Source: Mobula hypostoma
Lineage: Eukaryota
Length of the DNA: 64,000 nucleotides
Reading direction: 5' to 3'
Assembly (NCBI RefSeq): GCF_963921235.1
Contig: NC_086107.1
Span: 104,596,001 to 104,660,000, forward strand
The notes beneath the pieces were generated by a model, which did no database searches, was not told the origin of the DNA, and saw only the letters and a program-made list of their open reading frames with translations. Position numbers and translations under genes: made by a program. Positions 35,301-47,915 of this stretch are shown piece after piece. The first letter of the stretch is position 1; the number at the start of each line of letters is the position of its first letter.

Positions 35301-38300
35301 CTGAGCCTTTATTGTTCAAACTCAGACGAGCGTCTGTATCCTTTACCCATAAAGGCAGCCTGCTCCTTTAAAACAAAATCCCACGACTTGTGGCTCAAGT
35401 TAACATAGTTTCACCGGGTAAAGTATCCCCCCTGTCGGGGCCAAGCGTTTGGAGAAGGGCTGAGGTTGATGCGGCTGACAGTGTCACTTCCCGGGGCAGG
35501 AGGCAGAGCCCCACTTCAGTGTTTTTCTAGGTGATGGTGGCCTCTTATCAGGAACATTTCTCTGCACTATAGCATGTGAGGATTTGAGAGTACGTGCATT
35601 TGTGCAGTATGTGTGGAAGTCGTCGTCTTTTGTTTATTACCGTCTCTTGAGGTGCTCCTAATTGTAACTCTGTCCAAGAAGGTTGTTAAGGTTTGTCTTT
35701 TTTTTAAAGCTTGACTGAGCTGATAGTGAGGAGGTTGTAAGAAGCGGTGAGAGGTTAGGCCAGCAATACAGTTCACATTATATGATGTATTCGAGTTTTT
35801 AAAACCCTCGTTGTGTCCAAGAAGGAAGCCCAGAAAAGGTAAAGTTCTCTAGTTTTGGAATTTTAGACCCAAATGAATTTGAGCTGCAGGTAGTTGATTT
35901 TGAGAGTGAATTAATTGCAATAGATGCAATATTTAAATTGAGTTACAGTAAGGAATTATATTAATCTCATACTCATAGATGTGAAGAGAAAAATTGAATA
36001 ATTTTATTGTATGAGTGACATTTTTCCTCGTGTAAATTTAGTGGATGTAGTTTCATAACAGTCTGAAGTATTTAAAAGGAAAGCAAATCACCAAAAATGT
36101 TTGTTGTAATGTTGCATCTTTTTGGCTCTTTTATTCCAATCAACAACCCACCACCCAACCCACTCAGTCTGATCACGAAGTAGTTAAATTAAAAAAAATA
36201 CTGCTTTGATCTGCAGTTTACTGGATAGAATCCCAATTATTTCACTTTTCATTATTGTGAATGTCATGTAGGTTTGAGTTGTGCACCTTGTAGGTGAGTG
36301 CGCTCTATGAAAATCTATCTTCAATGTATAGAAAATGAATCTTCAGCTTTCAGTGAACTTAAGTAATATTGCTTGGATGTGAAATCTGTATTTTTTGGTG
36401 GGGAAGTATGGAAAGGCATTGGTCCCTGAGGATTGATATACACATGGAATGTAATGATAAGCGAGTGACAACAATGAAAAGTGTTGGGAGTATGAGCTTT
36501 GTCCTGCATGATGTGGCATTCATTGTTGCAGAGTGTTCCTGTGTGGCCATTTGGCTAATATGGGAATCATCAAAACCTAGTGGGAGGTAAACCAGTCACA
36601 TTTCATTGGATGCGTCTGAATGATCCAAGGTATGTTAGGTGCAAATTTTATTAATGTTATATTACACTTACTGGCAAATATTGTGTATATTTTATATATA
36701 GCAATATTTAGTCATCGAAGATGAGACTGATCCTTTAACTTAAGTAATTTCATCAAGAGAAAACATTAGCCTAGTTATCAGAGAAGCTTCTTTATCTTCA
36801 AAGATTGATGTATGAAATTTAACATTATTTAGGGGCAATATGGTAGAAAATGCATCTCTGGGTTAGATGAGAATGTTACCACCTTGATGTTAAAAAAAAC
36901 TTGTAAATTATTTTAATAAACTGGATTTGATGGATGTGGTAAATACAGATCATCCATGTTTTAGTTTGAATGGGGAAGTATGTTTTGGATTGTGTTCCTT
37001 TCGTGCTGCAGTGCTAGTCCAGATTACGCGATGAAATCCTGGAATAGTGGCCGAATCAACCCCAGACTCAATGAAAAAGGAGGTAAAGTTCCTAACTGCA
37101 TGCCATAAATGTCTCCCAGTATAAAGATGATTAGTGATAGACAGTATGTAACCATCAGTGGTTCACACTTGCCTTTGCAATGTCAAATACTTTAAGTGTT
37201 CATATTTGCTAAGGGGACATTTATACACCATCTTGCATTGATATAGAAACTTAAGCAGAACATCCTTGGAAAAAGAGAAAAGTTGACTAGCCAATGAAGG
37301 AAGTAGTAAAGAGCGACTAAAAGTTTGATCAAAGTGACAGATTCTTGAAAGGGATTTCAGGGCTTGAGGTTTAGATGCTGTAATTATTATAGTAATGGTT
37401 TTTCACACTTAGAAGATTTTGTACGTCCTGCTGAAATTCAAATGATAGCACTTGTTATTTCCTTTTGGTATATGCTATTGGTCAACATTGAGCATATTGT
37501 GTAGTCTAAACAAATTTCACGTCTGACACCAGACTCCCAAAAACAAGACCCTCTGTTCCAATGTAGGAAAAGATTACCAGGTGGACAGAGGAAATAAGTC
37601 AAGGACGTACTCAAAGCCGCCTTTACCTAACTCTGAAAATTCTGAGCTCTTGATCACTCCTGACAAACTGAGCCACCACAGACCCGTTCTGTGGAATGTC
37701 TGCTGTTCACACATCAGGTGCTCGTGAAGTGGAGTAGAAGGTTATTGTTAAGCTTGAGGAATGGCCTAAAGAACACGTTTCCCAGCTCAGTATAGAATAA
37801 AATTATAGGAACCATTGCGAAATGCTGATCAGGGAATGGTGTTTTGATTGTCTTTTTGTCAGATTACTCTACATACGTTGCAGTGCCTCCAACAGGAAAG
37901 TACATATTTGTTCAATTCATTGGATTGATCCATTTCTGTGTTTTAGGGCAACTGGGCTAAAGCTGTTTACTTTGTACTGTGGTGCAATGCTGTTTATCAG
38001 TTAACTGGTTTTGATTTAATTCATTGCACTTGGGGATAAGTGAAGTAGCATAGTAGTGCCTCTGTGCTAGGAGAAGGTATGTGTTGTAAGCGTTGCAGCC
38101 TGATCATTGTCAGGTACCTCATTTGGACATAGACATGTGAAGGTTAGGTGTGGACAGGATTATATTCAGCTGTGATTTTACAGTATGCTTCATATTCTAA
38201 TGTTTACAAGGCATATGTTTGAATCAAGTCCTGTACTTAACAAACTGCTGTTCTTTATCCATGTGCTGCAGTGTTGTAACTCTTACGTAAAGATGAGCAA

Positions 38301-39249
38301 AAAATAACACTGCTTACATTTCATGTAATTTGTAGGCTTAAAAACACAGATGTATCAATGCATAACTTGTCATGGTTTAGAGCTGAGAATATTAATATTG
38401 CTTGATCTCAAGGAAAAAAGCACTTTTCAATGTATATTTGATTGTAAAATTTAAAAAAGCCATCAGCAACGGCCTTTGTAAATTTTGTGTAAATGTTCAA
38501 TGATTTATAGCAGTGAAAACAATTAATTTATCTCTCAATTATTTGAGAATCTATGCTGTGTATTTCAGAGTTAATTTAAAGTTTATTTTAGATTCTGTTC
38601 TGATTCTACACAGCCTACTACAATAAATAAAATGGCACCTGTGACGCTGAGTTGTGTGCATCCTTTTGCTCGTGACATTCCTGTAGTAAGGGAATACCCA
38701 AGAGGTATAGATATCTCAGCCTATGGAAAACTAATTTGTTTTGAGAATTACACTTGTTCTGCACTACAGATATAATCATTTTTTTTTCAGTGCTGTGAAT
38801 TGAGAGTTTGTGTTTTGGGCACTTTTGACTTTCAAGACAAGGTAGAATATTTGACCATTGACTTAGTGAGTGGAACTTGGAAAAAGAATAAAAGAATTTT
38901 AATCCTTTTCACCAAATTAAAGAAAACTTGAATATTTTCAACATGAATAAAGTGGTAAAGTTTACAACAATAACAGGCTGAATTATGAGCAAAAATTCTA
39001 AGGACATCTGTCAAATAAATGGGTAATTTGTAAAATCCAATCTTAATCTCAAATTAAAACCAAGATCACAGACACAAACTAATATTGATGAACATTTTGG
39101 AGTTAATATTACTAGGTATTCTTACCTCTGATTCAATACAATGCTCAGCGGGTTGAGATGTTTTGTTAGTACAAGGGGACTTTCCCTTGACTTTGGGTTA
39201 ATTTGTTAATAATCTTGTACATTCATGAAAATAATCATATAAACCTTCC

Positions 39250-39421
39250 TCAAAAAAAAGAAAATCTGTAGATGCTGGAAATCCAAGCAACACACACACA
39301 TACAATGCTGGAGGAACTCAGCAGGTCAGGTAGCAGCTATGGAAAAGAGTACGTTGACTCTACTCTTTTCCATAGATGCTGCCTGGCCTGCTGAGTTCCT
39401 TCAGCATTTTGTGTGTGTTGC
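39250..39421. repeat. Fold-back hairpin made of two inverted Penelope 3' tails
   Basis: Arms at about 39287-39351 and 39361-39421. Flanking direct repeat catataaac at 39236-39244 and 39421-39429. Confidence 0.75.
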
Positions 39422-40854
39422 ATATAAACTTTTTTTTACGGGTTATCAATGAAAGCTGCCTCATCAGATTCACATCTGAAAAAGTTTTTCAGTCATGTAA
39501 TTGGCAGGGTACAACCTTACAGACTCTGGTTGTCCATTGAATGCTTTCTCCTTTGAAGTCTAGTGAAATTCCATTTTCCTTTTGGCATGTGATGTGTTTT
39601 GTTTGCCGTTTTTTAGGAGGATGTTTGCGATTACTCCGTTTTTCAATAAGTGGAATATTAATGCTATGTATTAGAAAATACATTTTCCCCAAGTACTTAT
39701 TAAATGTAACCCCATTTTATGTAATAAACATGGGTAATTCTAGATTTTAGATTTATAATGGTGTGTAGTTAGTGCACTTTTATAGAATTCTGTGGAATCT
39801 ATTCTGAAGGATACATGGTCTAAATAAAGGAAAAAAACATGATGAAAATAAACAATTAACATGGCAGGAATACTGGCTGTTTCCCGTGATTTTCATTCTT
39901 AAAGCCTGTTCAGTAATTTGGGAATAAGATGGAGAGGAATCTTTCTTTCGGCATGTTTTATAAATTGGATGCGATTTGCATCACACACTCCTTGGTACAA
40001 CGTCACATAATCTGTTCCAGATTATAACAGATAAAGCTTGTTTCATTGCTGCTTATCCAGTTTAGAATAGGCAAAGCTGCTTTAGCTAGGATTGTGAAAA
40101 TCAGATCAGTGCTGTTGTCACTGCTTTCTGATATTTGTTCCTTCTGCTTAGTCGTAAGTTAATTTGTAATGCTAATTTTGAAGGATGAAATAGTCATATT
40201 ATTCTCTATACTGTATGGCTCATTTTGCCTCATTCTTGTGGTAATACTCCATATTTGAAATGTGATTAAGCTTTTAATATGTAATTCAGAGAGGAAGACT
40301 GTGGTGAGGACACAGTAGTAGAGGAAATGAGTAGCCTCTGTTGAACAATAGTGAGTAGACACACATATGCAGTTGGATTTGATGGATATGGCACCATGGG
40401 CTGAAATTAGTGCAAACCTTAACAGTTCTTTGAGGGAACCTTTTCCTTTAGGTACAAGGTTGTAGAATCTGGTTTTGTAGAACAGAAAATGTGCTTTGCT
40501 TGCATTTATTCTGGTTGCTGAAGAGACCATTTGATTTATTACTTTCATGTCCATAAAAGAAAACTATTAGGCCTAAAGTTCATAGTAAGTTTATTATCAA
40601 ATACATATATGTCACCATATACAACCATGAAATTAATTTTCTTGTGGCCATACTCAATAAATCTACAGAATATAACTATAACAGAATCAATGAAAACCCA
40701 CCCAACTTGGGTATTCAACCAGAGTACAGAAGACAATAAACTGTACAAATACAAAAAGAAAATAATATTAATTATGTATTAAATATTGAGTCCCTGAAAG
40801 TGATTCCATTGGTTTCAATGATGGGGCAAGTGAAGTTAAGTGTAGTTATCCACT

Positions 40855-41458
40855 GTGGTTCTAGAGCTTGATGGTTGAGGGATAGTAACTGTTCCTGAAC
40901 CTGGTGGCGTGATTCCTGAGGCTCCTGCATCTTCCTGATGGCATCTGCGAGAAGAGAGCATGTCCTAGGAGTTGGAGGTTCTTAATGATGGATGCTGCTT
41001 TCCTGTGACTGCATTTCATGTAAATGTGCTCAGTGGTGGGGAGGGCTTTACCTTTGGACTGGGCTGAGTCCTTTTTTTGGTAGGATTTTTCATTTAAGGG
41101 TATTGGTGTTTCCATACCAGGATGTGATCAACTAGTCATTGTGCTCTCACCACACATCAATAGAAGTTTGTCAAAGTTTTAGGTATCATGTTGAATCTCC
41201 ACATACTCATAAGGAAATAGAGGCACTACTGTGCTGTTTTTGCACTTGCACTTACACTTGCGTGCTGGGCCCAGGACAGGTCCTCCAAAATGATAACACT
41301 GAGGAATTTAAAGTTGCTCACCCTCTACACCTCTGATGAGGACTGGCTCATGGACTTCAGGTTTCCTTCTCCTGAAGTCAATAATAAGCTCCTTGGTTTT
41401 GCTGACATTGAGTAAGAGGTTGTTGTTATGGCACCACTCAGCCAGATTTGCAAGCTCA
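40855..41458 (-). mobile_element. Rex1/Babar-type LINE 3' fragment
   Basis: ELANLAEWCHNNNLLLNVSKTKELIIDFRR ... RFRNSYYPSTIKL. Confidence 0.75.
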
Positions 41459-41460
41459 TG

Positions 41461-41488
41461 TATGTGTGTGTGTGTGTGTGTGTGTATA

Positions 41489-41523
<35 letters not shown>
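41461..41523. repeat. (TG)n-TATAT-(CA)n inverted microsatellite
   Basis: Read directly from the sequence. Confidence 0.9.
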
Positions 41524-41525
<2 letters not shown>

Positions 41526-43048
41526 TGTGTCCCCCGCTTTTCGAACGTTCACTTTACGAAACCTCACTGTTAGGAAAGACCTACATTAGTTCCCTGTTTT
41601 CGCTAACAGAAGGTGTTTTCACTATTACGGAAAAAAGGCAGCGTGTGAAAAAAAGCAACGCACGCCCCGAGCAGCCGCTCTCACCCGGATTTGGAACGGC
41701 ATTCTTGCCGGCATTGCTTAAACGCGTGCCTGTGAGCAGCCGTCAGCAAGATGAGTTCTAAGGTATCGGAAAAGCCTGAAAGAGCTCGTAAGGGTGTTAC
41801 ACTTAGCGTAAAACTAGACATAATTAAGTGGTGAACGAAGTAAGGACAAAGTGAGTTTGGCTTGTGGAAGTTGACGAAGATGATGTTGAAGAGGTTTTAA
41901 CATCCCATGACCAAGAACTGATAGATGAAGAGCTGATGCAATTAGAAGAGGAAAGGATAACAATCAAAACCAAATGCAGTAGTGAACGGACCGAAAGTGA
42001 AGTCGTCCAGGAACTGAACGTGAGGCAACTGCGTGAGATTTTTGCTGCAATGATTGCAGAAAAGTATGGCTTTAATTTTGAAAGGGTACGTTGGTTTAGG
42101 GCATATTTGCAGGATGGTTTGAGTGCTTACAAAGAACTGTATGATCTAAAAATGCGTGAGGCTAAGCAGTCAAGCAAGCCTTCCACATCAGCCACAGCAG
42201 ACGACGAACCTCGACCTTCGACATCGAGGCAGGCAGTCATAGGAGAAGATGAGCTGCCTGCCCTGATGGAAACAGATGACACCTCAGTGTCCCACCACCA
42301 CAACCCCCGGGCCACGGACAGATACCGAACCGTGGAGAATGCAGCGGTAGCCGGGATGCACCCAGCACATCTTTAAGAAAACAAGCTAATTAATTAGGTG
42401 CTGCCCGGCATGTAAGTGTCGGCCCAGATCAGAGGCAATTGTGCTGGGTGCGTCCCGGCTACCGCTGTCCCTCTGCATTCTTCGCGGATCGGTATCGGTC
42501 GACAGCCCAGAGGGTGAGGACCACTGCACCACCCCAACCTCCGACGACTCAGCCGAACACACTATCATCAGTGTGCTCGGCGCTGTACCAATTCCGGTAA
42601 GTGATACACTGTACATACATTATTTCTACTTTATATTGGCTGTGTATTTTTATGTGTTATTTGGTATGATTTGGCAGCTTAATAGCTTGAAGGTTGCAGG
42701 AGAGCGCCTGCGCCGTGTTTTTGCCAACGGCACTTGTGCCATGTTTCTGCCGAGAGCACTTGCGTGAGATTTTCGCTACGGAGAACAGTGTGGCAATGAT
42801 TGTGGAAAAGTATTTCTACATTATATAGGCTGTGTATTCATTCTATCATTCCTGCTTTTACTATATGTTACTGTTATTTTAGGTTTTATGTGTTATTTGG
42901 CGTGATTTGGTAGGGTATTTTTGGGTCTGCGAACGCTCACAAATTTTTCCCATATAAATAAGTGGTAATTGCTTCTTCACTTTACGACATTCCGGATTAC
43001 GAACCGTTTCATAGGAGCGCTCTACCTTCGGATGGCGGGGGAAACCTG
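41524..43048 (+). mobile_element. Tigger/pogo-derived internally deleted DNA transposon
   Basis: TA-flanked TIRs CA(T/G)GT(G/T)TCCCCCGC...GCGGGGGAAACCTG. N-terminal remnant MSSKVSEKPERARKGVTLSVKLDIIK at about 41751 and Tigger-like C-terminus EVDEDDVEEVLTSHDQELIDEELMQLEE. Confidence 0.8.
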
Positions 43049-44545
43049 TATATTCAGATCCAAAGAAGGGGCTCAGCACGAAATGTCGACTGTTTATTCA
43101 TTTCCATAGATGCTGAGCTCCTCCAGCATTTTATGTGTGAGGCTTAATTTCATTTCCTGTTCTCAGTCCCATATCCTTTACACTTAAAGATACGGACTGA
43201 GAAGTAGGAAATAGAATTAAGCCATTCTATTTCAGATCCATTTTTAAAAAAAAATGTAGTGAAAGTTCCTGCCACCCATGCTTTCGACAGTGAGTTCTCA
43301 ATCCACAATTCTCTGGATGTGGCAGCAGAGGTAAGGGAAGCAATATCCTTGACTCTCCTAACTTTTTACCTTGAAACTAGGATCTCCAGTTATTTACCTT
43401 TCTGCTGGTACAATCCTTTCTATTCATTTTGCTTGGGGTCCTCATATTATACTGCTCAATTAAACCTTTAGGCACCATAGCCAGTGAGAAAACAACCATA
43501 GGCTAGCAAATATTTCCATTATCTAAGAAGCCTTGTTTCATTCTTGTAAATCTGTGGTCTGGCATCCCTCCTATAATCCTTGTAGTGTGTTAACCTGGGC
43601 TGTACATATTATCCTAATTGTGGCCTAAGTAATGTTCTGTACTAGAATTTATTTTCAAACTTTTATTTGCTGCAGAATTTATGATTATATCTTCAGAGAG
43701 AGATGCTGACCTCTCTTTACTGTGTTCCCTAAATCTTCCAGGCGGCTTTGAAAGCTCTCGCACCCTTCCTCCTCTCCCACCCCCTCTTTTGAAAGAGTCA
43801 TAGAACAAGGGGCAATTTGCAGTGGGTTAATTAACCCACCAGTCTGCACTATTGTAGGTGGGAAGAAATGCATGTGGTCATAAGGAGAATGTACAAACTC
43901 TATACTGAAAATATTGGAGGTCCGACGTAATCTTTCCTTGCAGATACAAAATGAATCTTTGGTGCAACATTGGTGGCGATTCATAATATGCATTGTATGT
44001 TGATACAATGGGTGCTCAGTAAGATCCGAAAGAATATTATGATTAGAGTTCAGTGGTCATACTTGGGACCAGTGAGTGTTCTGGGTAGCAATCCCAGTTC
44101 AGCAATAGTACTTTTTGAGGAGAAACATTAGTGAATGTTCTGATCTGTACTTTTGTTTGAAGGTTTTTAGTATCTTCAGTTTTCTATTCTTGTAACATAG
44201 GAGGGCACTTTAAGAGCCACAGAATTTTATAGTAAACAGATTATTTGATTGATCCTGTTTCATTAACTATCTGGAGTAATCTCATTCCTTTTGATTTAAA
44301 AGTTGTGTCACTGTAATGGTTCCGGACATTTTATTTTTATTTGGAGATGCAGCAAGGAGTAGGTCCTTCTGACCCTTTGGGATGGGCACTCCAGCAAACC
44401 CTGAAAACCCCTATTTAATCTAACCTAATCACAGGACAATTTACAATGATGAATTAACCTACCTTCAGACTGTGGGAGGAACCTGGATCACCCAGGGGAA
44501 ACCCATGCATTACATGGGGGAGAATGTATAGAGGATGCTAGAATT

Positions 44546-44841
44546 TTTTTTTGGCGTGTGCCTGCGTACGTGCGAGTCTGTGCGTGTACGTCCATGATGA
44601 TGTCTTTTTCATGGCTTTTACAAGGCGCGGAGTGGGAGAGAGAGAGACTGTGTGGCGCGCCACTCCTCACAGAGATATTTTTTGCAGTATTTTCCCTTTA
44701 TTTTACGAGGTCGAGTTGTGATCTCGACACTCAACTGGGCATGGATGGAAAGCGTACCTGGGAGCGGACCTGACTAGTTTCGAACCCGGGAACCTCCGCT
44801 CCTGGGTCCGGTGCCAATGTCGTTGCGCCACTGGCCGGCCC
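44546..44841 (-). mobile_element. tRNA-derived SINE with poly(A) tail
   Basis: 14-bp TSD aggatgc(t/c)agaatt at 44532-44545 and 44842-44855. A-box-like TGGCGCAA and B-box GGTTCGAAAC on the minus strand; T-run at the left end. Confidence 0.75.
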
Positions 44842-45444
44842 AGGATGCCAGAATTGAACTCTGATCTCTGCCCCGAGCTGGAGCAGCATTGCATTAACTA
44901 TTACATTACTGTGGTACTTAAAAGTGCTTTTGTTTTGATAGGTAGTTAGAAGATCAGGGTGATATTGCTACTAAGCTAATTCTATTTTCATTGGTATCTC
45001 TGCTTTTCCATTAGTGGGGATTACTAAATACTGATTGAGCAAAAACTCTATCTGCTGTAACTGAATCTTAATTCCCTGGGACATGGGAATTCTTGCTTTA
45101 GTTTAAAAGTTAGCAATGATACCAAATTAGAAATGTAAGTATTGAGGAAGAGAAAACAAACTTTTAAAATGGTTGAGGGCAAATGTAGAGAAATTTGAAG
45201 TGAAACATTTAAAGAGGAGTCTGTATAAACAAAATGCACAACTTGGAAGGCATGTCCAGGAGCAAGAACATAATTCTTTGAAGTTGGCAAAATGAATTGA
45301 AAATAGTGTAATAACGGCATAAGATATCCAGGTTTAATAAAATGTACAAAAGCATAAAATGTTATCCTATAAATTGTTATAAATCATTAGTTCAGCATAG
45401 TTGTAATATGGTGACCAATGTTCCTTCTAATTTGTAATGACCAG

Positions 45445-45555
45445 TGTGCTGTGCAATTTTTTTGCCCAGTGACAACATGTGCATGCTGAATGTTTAATCT
45501 TGTGCTGTGCAATTTTTTTTGCCTGTTGACAACTTGTGCATACTGAATGTTTAAG
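45445..45555. repeat. Tandem duplication, about 56-bp unit x2
   Basis: tgtgctgtgcaattttttt...gacaac(a/t)tgtgcat(g/a)ctgaatgtttaa occurs twice. Confidence 0.75.
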
Positions 45556-46852
45556 TGTAAACCTGAAGTTATTCTAAGGATAATAAACCATTCTGCCTTA
45601 AATGAACTAGCAGTTCTTTTGCACTTCGCGCCCTTTGCTTCTTTGGACTTCGACACAGAAAATCAATAATTTCTTCAGTAAAAGCAGCATAAATAATCCA
45701 GTTCTAAAATCTGCAAACAAATCATCAAAAACTCCACGTTGCCCACACCGTCCACATCAGAAACTGGTAAAGGAAATGTGATTGTGTATGATCGTGAAAT
45801 ATATTTAACGTGCCAACAAGATAGAGAGTGACATTTTGTGCGCAGTTTAAATTCCTTTGTGTGTTAGTAGTAAAAGATGCGCACACCTTAGAGAAGGCAT
45901 TGGTGACCAATTCTAGGACATGAAAAAATTATACAAAGAAGATTTACTAGAATGATTTGAGGAAATTACAGCTGCACGGGTGACAAGTGTAATTTTTATC
46001 TCCAGCAGAGAAGGTTAAGGGAGAGATTTGAAAGATATTTTAAAAATCATGAAAGATTTTGTTTGTTAATAAGAGATTTAGTAGTTGCGTAGATTTAAGG
46101 TAAATGACAAGAAAGCCGCAATAAGAAGGAAAATATTTTTAATACATTGAGTAGATTTGAAGCTTATTTCGTAGTAATTTTCATAAAGGAATTACTTTGT
46201 AAACATACGATAATGCTGGGCTGTAGGGAATGAACTGTGAACTAATATTGTGTGTCAGTACCAATCAGACTTGAATAGAATCATTTTTTGGTCTGTTTTA
46301 TTCTGGATTATCTTGGCAGGTGTTCACAGTTTAAATATTATACAGTTAATATGATATATTCAATCCTTTTGTCTAAATCATTAGGGTAGAATGTAAATAG
46401 TTGACTCTTGATCCCAGTGGTTTACAATTTACCAACCTGAATGTGATCTTTTTCCCCTACTTTTATTTTTTGACAATACAATGCAGTGAGGTCCCTCAAC
46501 CAATGATATGGGAGAAAGTTTTCTTTCCACATAAGCATTATTTTGCAGATGTCAAAATGTGAAACAAAATTAAAGGAGATATTCGTTTTCGTTGCACCTG
46601 AGCATTGAGGAAAAAAGGAGGCATGAGTGCTTGCTGTAGGAACTGAAATAGTATGATTTGAACTGCTTTGTTTTTGTTATTGCTATTTTAGATTTTATTT
46701 TCATATGAGTACATGTTACATTTGCATAACTATGAGTCATTTAATTTAAAACTAATTGGTTGTGAAATTTGAGGCTCCAGAACAGGAAAATTGGTGTGAA
46801 CTCCACATACTTTAGTGATAATATGTAATAGAAGAGAGGAATTCTTTTACAT

Positions 46853-47579
46853 CAGGGGTCGCCAACCTTTTTTGCACCGCAGACCGGTTTAATATTGACA
46901 ATATTCTTGCGGACCGGCCGACCGGGGGCGGGGGGTGTTCAAGTAGGGTTAAACTCACCTCAACATGTCTTTTACAGTTAGGGTTGCCAACTTTCTCACT
47001 CCCAAATAAGGGACACTACCCCAGGAAGACTACCATGACCATGAGGCCTTGCGCGGGCATCTGGATGCGCATGTGATGTGCGCATGCGTGTTCGTGCCGA
47101 TTTCCCCCCCCCCATTGGTTTTGCCTTCATCTTCCCGACTATACTGTACATACATTATTTCTATATAGGCTGTGTATTTATCATATCCCTGCTTTTACTA
47201 TATGTTAGTGTTATTTATTTCTGGTTTTATGTGTTATTTGGTATGATTTGTTAGGTTATTTTGGAGTTTGGGAATGCTCAAAAATTTTTCCCATATAAAT
47301 TGATGGTAATTGCTTCTTCGCTTCACGCCATTTCGGCACGAAAGGTTTCATAGGTACGCTGTACCTTAGCAGGGGAAATACGGGACAAGGGCGGTCCCGT
47401 ATGGGACAAACTAATTTAGCCCAATATATGGGATGGCCTGGCAAATAGGGGACAGTTGGAAACCCTATGTTCAAGTTCAACAGTGCGTGACAGGGAATGA
47501 GGAAAGGTGCAGCTGACTGATATCGTTTCATCACGGCCTGGTAGCACATGCTTTGTGGCCTGGTAGTTGGGGACCGCTA
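46853..47579. mobile_element. hAT-type MITE containing a nested hAT-type element (46944-47467)
   Basis: Outer: CAGGGGTCGCCAAC...GTTGGGGACCGCTA with 8-bp TSD ttttacat (46845-52, 47580-87). Inner: TAGGGTT...AACCCTA with 8-bp TSD tgttcaag (46936-43, 47468-75). Confidence 0.75.
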
Positions 47580-47915
47580 TTTTACATTAATACATTATTA
47601 GGTCAACTTTTTTTTATGAATGCTATTTTATGTTCTTCCCAGTCATTTTTTTCTGATAGACTTTAATAATCTCCTTATTAGTTTGATCCATTTACTGTAT
47701 GTCTTAGTAATCTGCAGTTGTTGGTCTTTAACTCTTTAGAAATGTTATATTTATCGCAGCCATGATATACACTGGCATGCAGAAGTTTGGGCACCCTTGG
47801 TCAAAATTTCTGTTACTGTGAATAGTTAAGTGAGTAGAAGATGAACTGATCTCCAAAAGTCATAAAGTTAAAGATGAAACATTCTTTTCAACATTTTAAG
47901 CTTGATTAGTGTATT

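Noticed and set aside
44760..44841. tRNA gene
   Set aside because: The tRNA-like head is followed by a body, poly(A) and TSD, so it is a SINE; the cloverleaf is not intact. The same applies to 31110-31247.
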